Of a stretch of DNA of 64,000 bases, positions 25,815-38,476 are shown piece after piece (position 1 is the first letter of the stretch; each line of letters starts with the position of its first letter). Both the position numbers and the translations under genes were made by a program. Under the pieces are notes generated by a model. The model was not told where the DNA came from, ran no database searches, and saw nothing but the letters and a program-made list of their open reading frames with translations. The DNA is from Octopus bimaculoides. Lineage: Eukaryota. Location of the stretch: NCBI RefSeq assembly GCF_001194135.2, contig NC_068992.1:28027038-28091037 (forward strand). Reading direction: 5' to 3'.

Positions 25815-28425
25815 TGTAGGTTTCCAATGTTTGTTGATTTTACTTGACTCAGTCTTCTCAAGCATGGCGTGTCGCCCGACAATTCAAAGGTACTTTTTAA
25901 ATGGGCTGGTTATGCGACACTGGTATAAGCTACAGCTGTGATCTCACTTTACTTTCCGGGTCTTAATCAGCATATCTCCAGAGGTCTTGGTCTTTCGTCA
26001 TACCTTTGTGAGGCTCAATGTTCAAAGGTCATGCTTCACCACCTCATTCCATGTCTTCCTGGGTCTACCTCTTCCACAGGTTTCTTCCACTGTTATGGAG
26101 TGACACTTCTTCACACAGCTCTCCTCATCCATACGCAGCACATGACCATACCAGCCCAGTTGTCCCTCTTGCACACCACATCTGATGCTTCTTGTGTCCA
26201 ACATTTCTCAGGGCGCTTACAGTCTGTCATGTGTGCACACTGATATTACACATCCAGTGGATCATACTAGCTTAATTTCTTTCAAGCCTACTTATGTCTT
26301 CAGCAGTCATGGCCCATGTTTCACTGCCGTGTTGCATGGCAGTTCGCGCACATGCATCATACAATTTACCTTTCACTCTGAGCGAGGGGCCCTTTGTCAC
26401 CAGTGGAGGTAGGAGCTTTCTGAACTTTGCCCAGGCTATTTTCACTCTAGTGGCAATGCTCTCCGAGCATCCACCCCACCCACTACAGACTTGGTCACCT
26501 TCGTAGCAGAAGCTATCAAACTACTTCTAGTTTCTCCCCCTGGCATCTGATGGAATCTGTTTTCTGAGCATCTGTGGTGTTTGTTTCCCCTGTGCATCTG
26601 CTACACACAAAAAGTTATCATCCCGGTTAACCTTCCTTTGATGTTGCTGCACCTCTTATGCATCCATAGCTTACACATGGGACATCTTATGAAGTTTCTA
26701 CCTACACCTTTTCTACAGATTGAGCAGGGCCATCTAACTGAAGGGGTTTGTGATGTGTTCGCCTTCCTACTAACTAGGACTTTGGTTTCTGCAACATTGA
26801 CTCTAAAGCTCTTCGATTCTAAATCCTGCTTCCACACCTGAAATTTCTTTAGTTCTGGTAGTGATTCCACTATGAGAGTAAGGTAATCAGCATAGAGGAG
26901 CTCCGAAGGGCAACCTGTCTTGAATTATAAGAGGGAGCTGAGAGCTGATCCTTGGTGAACCCCTACTTCTACCTGGAATTCACTATACTCATTGCCGATC
27001 CTTACCTTACTAATGGCATCCCTGTACAGTTCTTAATGACCATTCGTCAATCCTCAGTTTCCGCATCGCTCACCCGATAAGGGATCGAGGGGACCCTGTC
27101 AAAGGCTTTTTCCAAGTCAACAAAAGTCAAGTATAGGGGTTTATCTTTGGCTAGGTATTTCTCCTGCAGTTGCCTTACCAGGAATATAGTGTCAGTGGTG
27201 CTTCTACCTGGCACAAAACCGAATTGCATCTCATCTAAGCAGGCTCTCTCCCTAATTAGTGCTATGACCCTCTCCGTCACCTTCATCACCTGATCCAGCA
27301 GTTTGATACCCTTGTAGTTATTTCTACCTTAAGCATCACCTTTACCTTTGTAGCAGTTGACTATAGTGCTGCTACACCAGTCATTGGGTATGACTCCTTC
27401 ATGAACTATCTGGTTTACAAGGTAGGCCATGACCCACACCACCAGATATTTTAAGCATCTCAGCGGTGATTCCTGATGAGCCAGGTGCTTTTCCCGTCTT
27501 CATATCCTTTATTGCTTTGTCTACCAGGATGCTGTCGATTCGGGTAGCTGGTCCCTCTCCTGCGTCAACATTTTAGCAGACTCTCCTCCCACTTATTCTC
27601 CACATTCAGCAGCCTTTCATAATGGCTTCTTCAAACCTTTTTCTTTGCAGAATCATTGAAAGCAAATGCACCATCATCCATGCAGACACATTTCTCTCCC
27701 GTAACATCACAATTTTCTCTCACACCATCTTGCAATCCAAAATACTTCAGTTCTCTAGTCCTCAAGTCACTGAACATTGGAAAACTTCTTTTTTTTCTGC
27801 TTCTCTCTTGGCTATATGTACCTGTTGCCCAGCCTTCCTTCTGGCTATCTGGTACAATTCTGTTACCCACTACTCTTCCAGGTTTTTCAGGCCTGTTTCT
27901 TTGCTCTAGTGACCTTGTCTACTGTACTATTCCACCACCACGTTACTCTAGGTCTGCAAGGGACTTTGCACCAGCTGCAAATTTAGTCTGTGGTGCTCAG
28001 TAAGTTGTCCTGTTGGAATTTCCAGTTAACCTCTCTGTCCAAAGTCTGTAGTTCCTCCTTATCAAATTTCTCAATGAGGATGTCCGTAAATCTCTGATCA
28101 TGTGAAGGGTTCTTTAGCTTCCAAATCCTTTTCTGGATTGGTTTGCTTCTTGGCATCCTTTTGGCCTTGAGTCTAAAGTCACTAATAACTAGTCTATGCT
28201 GAGAGGGTCTTTGTATTTAAGAGCAGATAGGGTCTGGTGAGGATGAAATCAATCTGGCTAGCAGAGTCACCTGATTAATAGGTTATCAGGTGGCTGTCTG
28301 GCTTCCTAAAGTTAGTGTTGCAGATTAATAGGTTGCATGCATCACGGAATTCCAGTAGCCTAGTTCCCTCTTCGTTTTGGGAACCAATTCCATGGCCCCC
28401 GTGAACACCATGAATGAATGCTCTT
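25815..28425 (-). mobile_element. RTE-clade LINE, endonuclease-RT remnant
   Basis: QFGFVPGRSTTDTIF and FVDLEKAFDRVP (RT), WPCSICRKGVGRN zinc-finger-like insert, WYGHVLRM...GRGRPRKTW C-terminus; many frameshifts. Confidence 0.92.
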
Positions 28426-30050
28426 CGTCACACCGACTACTTCTGTGTTCTGTGGGTGGTTTATTGTAATTCCAATACAGATTTCCATATCCTTGTGGAA
28501 AATAAAAGGACTTATGACCTTACTTTTGTCTCCTCATCGTCGTCAATTAGCATCTTGTTTCCATGCTGGCATGGATTGGATGGTTTGACTGAAACTGGCA
28601 AGCTAAAGAGCGGCACCAAGTTCCAGTCTGATACCCTTCCTAATGCCAATCACTCCAAGTGTGGTTGGCATATATTCAAAACATGTTCTTCATATATCTG
28701 ACACTAATTGTGACTGGTGGCTTGCATCCTGTTGGATGCAAAATTGTGATGTTACGGGAGAGAAATGTGTCTGCATGGATGATGGTGCATTTGCTTTCAA
28801 TGATTCTGCAAAGAAAAAGGCTTGGGGAAGCCATTATGAAAGGCTGCTGAATGTGGAGAATAAGTGGGAGGAGGTAATGGCAGTGAGTTGTCAGAATTGT
28901 TGGCACATTGGATCAAATGCTCAGTGGCATTTCTTCCAGCTTTTTATGTTCTGAGCTCAAATTTTTCTTTCAGGGTTAATAAAATAAGTACCAGCTAAGC
29001 ATTGGGGTCCAATGTTTCTCAATCATCTTTTACCTCTGGACTCCTTTTATTTTTATTTTACTTGGATGTACCCTCCTAGCCATTTAATGTTTAAAAAATC
29101 TTTTGCTTTTATAATTAAATATTATTAGGTATTTGGCAGATGCTGGTGTCACGCAAATGGCACCTGTGCCGGTAGCACATAAATGCACCCACTACACTCT
29201 CGGAGTGGTTGGCGTTAGGAAGGGCATCCAGCTGTAGAAAACCATGCCAAAGTAGACGAGCCTGGAGCAGCCTTCCAGTGTGCCAGCCTGGTCAAACTGT
29301 ACAACCTATGGACAACTGATGTTAAATGATGATGATAAAAAAATTGAAATATTTTGTGTATTGTAGAAATATAAGCAATTATTGCAGACAAATTTTAACA
29401 ATCTTATATAGACCCCCCCCTCCACAAGGGCCATATGGACCTTGGTTGAGACCCACTGGACTAGTCCATTCTTCCTTAATTACTGGCCTTGTGCTAAAAT
29501 TTGAAACAGTTACCTGGTATATGTACAATTATATGAAGTGAAACATAGGGTATTAAATTCACAGTAAACTCAGTTTTTGCAGTGGATTTCAAATTGTTGA
29601 GATTTGAGTTGGTTGGTTGTCCAAAATTGAATCCATGCAGCCATTTCAGACAGAATATGGTTTAACCCCAGATTGACTCGACTCTATTTTCTGAAATTCT
29701 ACGATGAATGACAATCCATCTCTTTCATTCAGTCTAGGACTGCATTAAATCACCAGCCTTTCTTTAAAGTGTGGTTTTGAAGGAGCTTTGGCTGTTGTTT
29801 CTAGCAATTTGAATAACCTTGTACAGGATCCCTCAACTTATGACAGTTGTCTGGCTCCACGTCTTCCTAGACTGAGTAGACTTACTGGTTGTTCCAGTCA
29901 TGACCATCATGTAGGAAACACAATTTGACTTTTGGATGTAATTAAGTTTGACTGTTATTTCTAGCACATTCAGAGACTTCTTAGAAGCTCTGTAGTTGTT
30001 TGTTGTTGTTATTGTCTGCATAAGAAATTTTTTTTTCTGATTCTCTTCAG

Positions 30051-30115
30051 ATACAATTCTTGAAGGAGTTGCTAAAGAAACAACTGAAATAAAAAGTCCG
30101 CAGGTGGAAAGCTGA
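30051..30115 (+). CDS. Kelch-repeat protein, terminal coding exon
   Basis: ttttctgattctcttcag acceptor; phase 1 matches previous exon; DTILEGVAKETTEIKSPQVES then TGA. Whole product resembles KLHDC/RABEPK-type propellers; exact orthologue not recognised. Confidence 0.78.
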
Positions 30116-30419
30116 TTCTGGAGATTTAAAGCTGTACAAGAATTCTAAGGATGACACACTACCATATTTCCACTGTTGACCGTTTTCTTGAAGCTGTGGT
30201 TCAGCCCTAAATAACTTAAACAGCATTCACAGTGCACTGTTTGGCAATTTGTAACTAATTTCTTCCTGAGAGACTAAAGTCTAAAAAAAAAAAAAATCAA
30301 AAAACACAAAACCAAACAATTTTTCAGTTGATGTGATGTCCTATCATCACATTTGTTACTTAATGTATCAGTTCTGATATTGAACTGTTATCAAACTAGT
30401 ATTGAACTGGTGTAAATAA

Positions 30420-30867
30420 CTGTGTAACAATTTATGTCCTTGTTATTTCCTATTTGCTGACCCCTAAACAGTGTGAAAAATGGCTAATATTTCCTTCAAA
30501 TTTTGCTTTTGTTACATTTCTTCAAACCCCAAAGAATCCCTCTCAACACATGGCTATGAAGCTCCCTCACTGCTCATGATCAGAGATGCACATTTTGTCA
30601 TCCACTGAGGGGACATGCTCGAGTGGTTAAGGTCAATCAACTGTGGTATTGAGCAGAATATTTGCTGTATTTCTGCTTCAGCAACCCTGTGCTGAATCTG
30701 TCTGAAATGCAATGGAAAATAGTTTAGTTTTAAAACATTGATGTCCAGGTCACAAAAGCAAAGTTTGAAGGGAATAGTAGTCACTTCCTTTGATTTCTTG
30801 ATAGAAGCAAATAGGAAATAACACTTACTGACCAAAGACAAAAAAAGATAAAAATTTTGTTACACTG
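30420..30867. mobile_element. Possible MITE in the kelch 3' UTR
   Basis: Imperfect terminal repeats C(T/A)GTGTAACAA; no clear TSD. Confidence 0.4.
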
Positions 30868-31127
30868 TGTAATTGGCAAAACATCTCTACCTCCTCCTTT
30901 CGAATGAAATGATTCTAATCTTTTGATATAAAGGGACAATGTATTTTAGAAAAAAAAACCCTTTTCTTTAACCAAAATTGATACCAGTTGATTTGTTTCA
31001 TTTATTGGAAGAGTTTATGTCTAGAATAACCATTTTCTAAAACTCGGAATCTGAAGGAAATTTTGTAAATAAGTCTTGCATTTAAAAAGGAATATTGAAG
31101 TAATTCGTAGAACAACCATTTTTTCAT

Positions 31128-31133
31128 AATAAA
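31128..31133 (+). terminator. Candidate poly(A) signal of kelch gene
   Basis: AATAAA followed about 30 nt later by a GT/T-rich tract (ctgttgtttcttttttttt), about 1 kb after the stop; position only, no transcript evidence. Confidence 0.35.
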
Positions 31134-34100
31134 ACTGATATGCTTTAATTGCTATAAATACTGTTGTTTCTTTTTTTTTTTTTTTAGTTTAACCTTCCAT
31201 TGGAAATCACAAGATGCATTGCGTTGGTCTTCTGCTGTCAAGGCTAACCAGTTTCTATTCTAGGTTCAGTAGTTCTTAAGAAATGTCAAGGTGCCCTGTG
31301 TTGTAGAACCCTTTAGCATTCAGATTACTCTGCTAAAATGTAAAGCTTATTTATTCACATTGTTTTGAATTAATCCTGCATTATTTCATAGCTGCAAGAT
31401 TTTAGTGATGTGACTTTATTTTAAGAAGGACAATGTAGGGTTAGTGTGAGAGGCTGAATCTGGCCCATTTGAACATAAATTGGGTAGAATATGTGGGCTT
31501 GATACGGTCAGTTTAACTGCTAAAGGATTAAAAAAGAAAAAAATTTAGGATCCACTTGGTATATGTTCAATGTGCTGGAAAGCATATTAAGGTGTGGGAT
31601 TCATCATCATCGTTTAACATCCGCTTTCCATGCTAGCATGGGTTGGACGATTTGACTGAGGACTGGTGAAACCGGATGGCAACACCAGGCTCCAGTCTAA
31701 TTTGGCAGAGTTTCTACAGCTGGATGCCCTTCCTAACGCCGTGAATAAAATTCTTGAAAGTTCAAATGCGTTCTGTGACATTCCTGGGATCTTGTTACCA
31801 CCATGTTGGTGGTTACTGTTGATGAACATTATTTCTTGGTTTTACTTCCCATTCATCCATGATTTATGGAATTGTTAAATCTCCAACCGTTTTGTTTCCT
31901 TTTTACTCATCTCTATAATTACTTAGGTTAAAAATTCATTTATATTATTTACTCTTTTACTTGTGTCATTCATTTGACTGTGGCTATGCTGGAGCACCGC
32001 CATTAGTTGAGCAAATTGACCCCAGGACTTATTCTTTGGAAGCCTAGTACTTATTCTATCGGTTTCTTTTTGCCGAACCGCTAAGTTAGAGACGTAAACA
32101 GGCCAGCATCGGTTGTCAAGCGATATTNNNNNNNNNNNNNNNNNNNNNNNNNNNNNNNNNNNNNNNNNNNGGGGGGGGGGGGGACAAACACAGACACACA
32201 AACATGTATACATGTATATATATGTATGTGTGTGTATAACGGGCTTCTTTCAGTTTTCCGTCTACCAAATACATTCACAAGGCTTTGGTTGGCTTGAGAC
32301 TATAGTAGAAGACACTTGCCCAAGGTGCCATGCAGTTGGAATGAGCCCAGAACCATGTGGTTGGTAAGCGAGCTACTTACCACACAGCCACTCCGTTTTT
32401 TATATACTTTGTATCTTTAAACTTTATTTTTACTTTTTGTTTTTTATATTGAAAATGGTCAATCCCTCAAAATTTTATCCAGTACTTTAAATATAATAGA
32501 TATGAAGTAATGTAATATCTTTTTACTGACCAGATCAAAATAATTAAGATTTGAGTTGGTTGGTTGTCCAAAATTGAATCCATGCAGCCATTTCAGAATG
32601 TTTAATTCCAGATTGACTTGACTCGACTATCAGAAATTCTATGGTGAATGGTAATCCATCTGTAACCTAGATCCTGGCTATTCTGCGTGGAGCTGTCGGC
32701 AATTTGCTGGACGGACTGCATTGTGGTATTGACCACATCGTCTACGTGGTCCAGCCGGCGACAGCGACCAACATCATTCACGGTGGTGTTGATGTGCTCT
32801 AGTGTGAGCTTTCGTGTGGGAGCACAAGCGTGGAGGAAGGCGACACTGGAAGGAATTTGAACTTCCTACATAAAGACAGGTGAAATGCTGCTAAGCATTT
32901 TACCCAGCATGCTAACAATTCTGCCAGTTTGCCACCTTGATGATGATTTCTACTATAGGCACAAGGCATGAAATTTTGTGGGAGGGGGCCAGTTGATTAC
33001 ATGGACCTCATTACACAACTGGTACTAAATTCTTTTCTACTCTTGGCACAAGGCCCGAATGTGTGCATATAAAATATATACACCTATACACATATGGGTG
33101 TATTATGCACACAAGGCTAATACACATAGTGTTTGCTCTAGACTGGTATCATTTTGTCTCCTTAAATTTATTTGGAAGACAGACAGTGGTAGTGAGGAAA
33201 GAGTAAAAAAACGAAAATTGCTGTACCTCCTTTCAGGAAAAAAAAAATAAAGCTTTTTTCTTTCTCTCTGTAGCATTGTTGTATGGCATTGGAATGTTGC
33301 AATTTAAGAACCTACAAGAAGGAAGAAATATCACATATAGTGATATAAACCTAGCATTGCTTAAGATTAGAACCTAAGAAATATACATATCTGTCTATAT
33401 GTATATATAAAAGAGACCACTAAGTGGACTGCTAGAAGGAGATCACCGAATATTTCTCAAGGAAAAAATCTAGGGAAGCAAAACATATGGGTGAGACAAG
33501 TGAAAATTATAGAAATATATACAAAGATTATCCGTAGACCAGGTTTCAAAATTAATATTTCCTTACCGAAAATATCTGTTTCTCTGCAGTACAGACTGCC
33601 AAAGAAATATAATTCCCAGAATCGTGTACTAGTTGTTCCCAACGAGTGAAGAACGTGCACATGGCTCTAATAATTATATAGAGTAATATTCAAAAGTCTT
33701 TGTTTTGGCGTGCTAAATCCGGAAATATATCCACTTAGTGGTCTCTTTTATATATACATATACAATAATCCTTTTGAGATCTAGGATAATTTTTTCTGAA
33801 TCTCCTGATTCTTTTAATGTGCTAGTTTCCTTGTATTAAATTGATATTAATTAATATCCAATTTTTTACCCTATAATTTTAATTACATATATACTGTTGC
33901 TGGGCAGTGATCCGGAGAAGCACTCAATACAAATGTAGAGTGCAGTAGCTTGTTTGAGCTGGTCTAGTACCCTGGAGCTTTCTTAGCATGACTGCCTCTT
34001 GAGACAAGGTAGACAGGGCTCCATCTGAGTTGTCTGAAAAGGCACTTGCGTGCAGTTGAAACTCTAGATTAACAGGCCACTTGAGGATAAAACAAATAAA

Positions 34101-34612
34101 TTGATTCTAGTGTTCAACTGGTACTTAATTTGTCGACACTGGAACTATAGAACGCTGGAATATTTAGGATATTGTTAAGGAAATAAATTACCTAAAATAA
34201 TGTATTGTTGTCTGCATAAATTTCTGTTGTTATAAAGGGAAACAATTCTTGGTAACATTCACTGCTAAAAACGACTCAATTCTTTGTGTTGACGCTTACG
34301 AAATTACTACTCTAACGATTGTATTGTTTTACTATGATTTGTGTGCAGTGAGACTATTGTGATGAATAAACAGAATTGTGCAGAATGGATTGTAAACCAT
34401 GGGAGTTAGTCATTGGTTACTTTTATTAGGTTCTGATCTGGTGAAGGGTCAGGTTGAATGGCTGCAGATGGACGTCTGTAGAAGAAACATTAACAGGAAG
34501 GAAATTCCAGAAGAATGACTTACTTATGAAGCACATAATATGGGTGATAAGTGAGTGAGGGTAGGCATGGTTGGAGCCAACTCCAAAAAGCATTCATTAC
34601 TTATTGCCATTG

Positions 34613-35000
34613 TGGAGGCGTAATGGCCCAGTGGTTAGGTCAGCGGATTCGCGGTCATAGGATCGCAGTTTCGATTCTCAGACTGGGCGTTGTGAGTGTT
34701 TATTGAGCGAAAACACCTAAAAGCTCCACGAGGCTCCGGTAGGGGATGGTAGTGAACCCTGCTGTACTCTTTCACCACAACTTTCTCTCACTCTTACTTC
34801 CTGTTTCTGTTGTGCCTGTAATTCAAAGGGTTAGCCTTGTCACACTCTGTCATGCTGAATATCCCCGAGAACTACGTTAAGGGTACACATGTCTGTGGAG
34901 TGCTCAGCCACTTGCACGCTAAATTTCACGAGCAGACTGTTCCGTTGATCGGATCAACTGGAACCCTCAACGTCGTAAGCGACGGAGTGCCAACAAAAAA
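34613..35000 (+). mobile_element. tRNA-derived SINE (family B), full length
   Basis: tggcccagtggttagg A-box and gtttcgattc B-box; A/CAA tail; 9-bp TSD attgccatt (34603-11, 35004-12); other copies 44270-44418 (+, partial), 48400-48991 (-). Confidence 0.88.
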
Positions 35001-35710
35001 CTCATTGCCATTAATTCACTGTTCTAAGATTTGTGACTAGACAAGACTAAATGCCAAACATATCATTCCATTTCTTCACACTCAGAACTTAATATTTCTG
35101 TAAGAAATCAGAATAAAAGCGATTTCAACATATCAAGAGAATATTTCCTTGTCAATGCAGCACTGTCAGTATATATAAACACCAACCAAAATAACCTTTT
35201 CTATAGACTCTTAATACCCTCAGGTCGCTATAGTTTTTTAAACTATCTGAAACCTATTCAATTGTATATCAATGTGTGATCATATTTCTTTTCGTCATTT
35301 TTCCCCTTTCTTTTCCGATTTATATTTATAAATTATATTTTCTTCCAATACTTGCTTCCCATTTGCATAGTAAATGTCTGCTTAGAATATGCAGATGTTA
35401 TATACCTTCCGGCTGACCCATGTTAGACTTTTTTTTCCCGCTCAAACACCATTGTGCAATGAAGGAAACTGACTCCATTTTTAGACAAGTATTGTTTAAG
35501 ACTTTTATGGAGCTGGGATATTTTTTGTTTGTACTTTAATCCTTTTTTTCTTTTTGCTAATTTTTTTTTAATACGAGTGACTGAGGGTAGGCATGGTTGG
35601 AGCCAACTCCAAAAAGCATTCATTACTTGTTGCTGCTCGGCTGAGCTGAGCCGAGCTAGAGATATCGAGGATAGAGTGAGATAGATAGAAAGATAGAGAG
35701 ATAGATAGTG

Positions 35711-35748
<38 letters not shown>

Positions 35749-37141
35749 GGGGTGGTTTGGTAGAAATTGGAAAGTACAAAATTTCTCACTAGAAACGTTA
35801 ATATAAACTTGTTGCTAGTTTTACTGGACTTGGATCAAGAAACGGTGTTTGTAGTTTTCGTAAAGTTTTTCCTACATGTGCAAAACGAAAGAAGTTTTCA
35901 TAATTTTACGCGCGTGCACACACGCACACGCACACACATACGCGCACGCTCTGTCTCTCTCTTTCTCTCACATGCACAAAACGAAACTTGTCATTTGTCT
36001 CGCATCACATGGTACGCTAAATTGCACCAATCGAAGGCATACTGTTATACATACGCTCGTTTCACTCGCTCAATTTTGTCATGTCATATAAAGCTTACCG
36101 TCACCAAAAGCGAAAGAAAGGAAGCTGTCAGATCATGAAAGTCGCTTAGGGTTGTTTAAAGCGAGAAGAACAGTTTATTTAATAATATGATAAACAAAGA
36201 GAAGAAAGGAAAATCTTATGCCATAAAAGAAGATAAAAAGGACAAAAGATTTAATTGAATTTATGACGATTCATTGTAATGTTTAGTTCGCTAGATAAAC
36301 AGTTTGACAGATAAATAGTTTCCTCGTGATGTCAGCAGTCACCAAATTGTCTTTATTTCTGTCGGTTAAGCATGTGTATTCTACCTATGTTTTTGAACTT
36401 AAAAATCTAACACTAGTAAAAAAAAAAAAAAAAATTATTTGCACTTAATGATTAATAGTCCATCATCCCAGTACAGGCATCTCTCAATCTGCAGTGTTTT
36501 TTTTCTTTAAATTGGTCAATAAATATAATCCTAACATTTTATTTATCCCAGAAGAATCCACAAGGTGTTCTAATATTCTAATTGTTCTTTTCTAGCCAGC
36601 ATTATTATTTGTATTCTCTTTCACTAAAGTTTGTAAGAAATCTAGGGTGATTTAAGACTTCGCTGAGTTGGTTTTGCATGATGGAAGGAGAATACACTTT
36701 GATGTTAAATTGTAATAATATGAATTTCTTTTCATTTAGTAAAGTTAACTTATTCATCTACCAATGTTCTTTTGTTCTAGGAAGGTAAAGAAAAATACTG
36801 AGTATTCTGTTTATAATTTTGCCTATATCAAAGTGTGTGGAGTGAATACCTTTTACGGTTAGTTTCTACTGGAAGTTGTGTTTGTGATCGTTAAATGGGA
36901 AACATGAGTTAATGGCTGGTGCGACTTACTTCTATCGTCTTCTACAATTTACTTCTACCGTCTTCTGCGATTTACTTCTATCGTCTTCTGCGATTTTACT
37001 TGACTGTTTGTTAATTTTGTTGATTTAGCTGTTGTATATATTCAAAATGCGTCGATCTGTTATGGAATTTGCCTGATACATACATGTACATATATATACA
37101 CGTACGTATGCGTATGTATGGATGTCTGTGTGTGTGTATAT

Positions 37142-37324
37142 ACTCTTTTACTTGTTTCAGTCATTTGACTGTTGCCATGCTGGAGCACCGCCTTTAGTCG
37201 AGCAAATCGATCCCAAGACTTATTATTTGGAAGCCTAGTACTTATTCTATCGGTCTCTTTTGCCGAACGGGGACGTAAACACACCAGCATCGGTTGTCAA
37301 GCGATGTTGGGGGGACAAACACAG

Positions 37325-37369
<45 letters not shown>

Positions 37370-37508
37370 CATATATACGACGGGCTTCTTTCAGTTTTCC
37401 GTCTACCAAGTCGGCCCGAGACTATAGTAGAAGACACTTGCCCAAGGTGCCACGCAGTGGGAATGAACCCAGAACCATGTGGTTGGAAAGCAAGCTACTT
37501 ACCTTCGC
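37142..37508 (-). mobile_element. SINE family C with central (TG)/(TA) microsatellite
   Basis: Head gtggtaag...ccttgggcaagtgtcttc, tail gcggtgctccagcatgg...gactgaaacaagtaaaaga; copies at about 2290-2600, 12563-12915, 14425-14805, 31945-32392, 43812-44162, 46059-46225+48060-48235, 55938-56095, 57008-57500, 58424-58818. Confidence 0.85.
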
Positions 37509-37844
37509 CTATATATATATATATATTAGCTAAAGATAGTAATGGTCAGTCTATGGGATTACTCTGAGTTTCACGTCCATAAAGCACTTAACTTTCCGGT
37601 GTCTCTTCAGGCCCTGTTGGCCGGTGGCCTATAACCTGTCTTCAAAGTGGAAGTAAAAAACACCACGTGGTCAGTTGTTGAAAGCACGGACGAAAGAAAG
37701 ATTAAACGCAAGGGATTGTCTCCCTTAGACCGCTATCCGTAATCAACCTGGTTGACTTGTGACTCCTAGGACTTCAGTAGGAATGTCTTGTTTGTTTGTA
37801 TGTATGTATGAACACACACACACACACGTATATACATACATGAT

Positions 37845-38270
37845 GGCCGTCCACTCGTGACCGAGGAAGACCATTGTTGACCTTTAGGAACATTGTGCGC
37901 TCTAGGACTAACTTATATTTTGCATTTGCGGCACTGCTGGTGGCTAATGAGGCCTGCTCTTGATGCTGCTCGGTGTGCTAGAAGACCACTCGGAGTGAGA
38001 CACCCCTCGGCTTCTGTTGAAGCATGTCTCTAGGAGAAGGCCACTCTGATATAAAACCAGGTATGCAAAGAATGGCATTGGACATTTTGGGGATCTTTGG
38101 TTTGTGCTAGAGATCACGGCGCTCCCACATCCCTAAGCTTGCAACTCATATTGGCACCAGACATCTCGTTCTGGCTTGTGTATGGATAATGTCAATAGAG
38201 TGGAGAAGGTCTATGAGGTGTCGTGCAAGCCTTATTGGACTAAAACTCTGCACGGGCATTGCTGATCATA
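37845..38270 (+). mobile_element. Probable RTE 5' UTR fragment
   Basis: ggagaaggccactctgatataaaacc-type segment typical of RTE 5' ends; recognition only. Confidence 0.4.
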
Positions 38271-38424
38271 CATACATACATACATACATGCATGCATGCA
38301 TGCATGCATGCATGCATGCATGAGAGGTATTGGTATCTAGAAGACCTAAAGCGTGGCAGGTAACGCTAAGGAAGTGGTTCGATAGTGATACGAGTGAGGA
38401 ATTTAATGTGGGTCTTGTATTAGC

Positions 38425-38476
<52 letters not shown>

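Noticed and set aside
30222-30240. CAGTGC (IRE loop-like) in the 3' UTR
   Set aside because: Flanks do not form the required stem.
34359-34437. C/D-box-like pair GTGATGA...CTGA (another at 39559-39613)
   Set aside because: No terminal stem, no recognisable guide, no + strand host transcript evident.
34613-34690. tRNA-like A/B boxes
   Set aside because: They are heads of multi-copy SINEs, not tRNA genes; no complete cloverleaf.
36925-36997. Three copies of a 22-bp unit (and short local duplications at 5670-5850, 9441-9590)
   Set aside because: Ordinary slippage duplications with no further structure.
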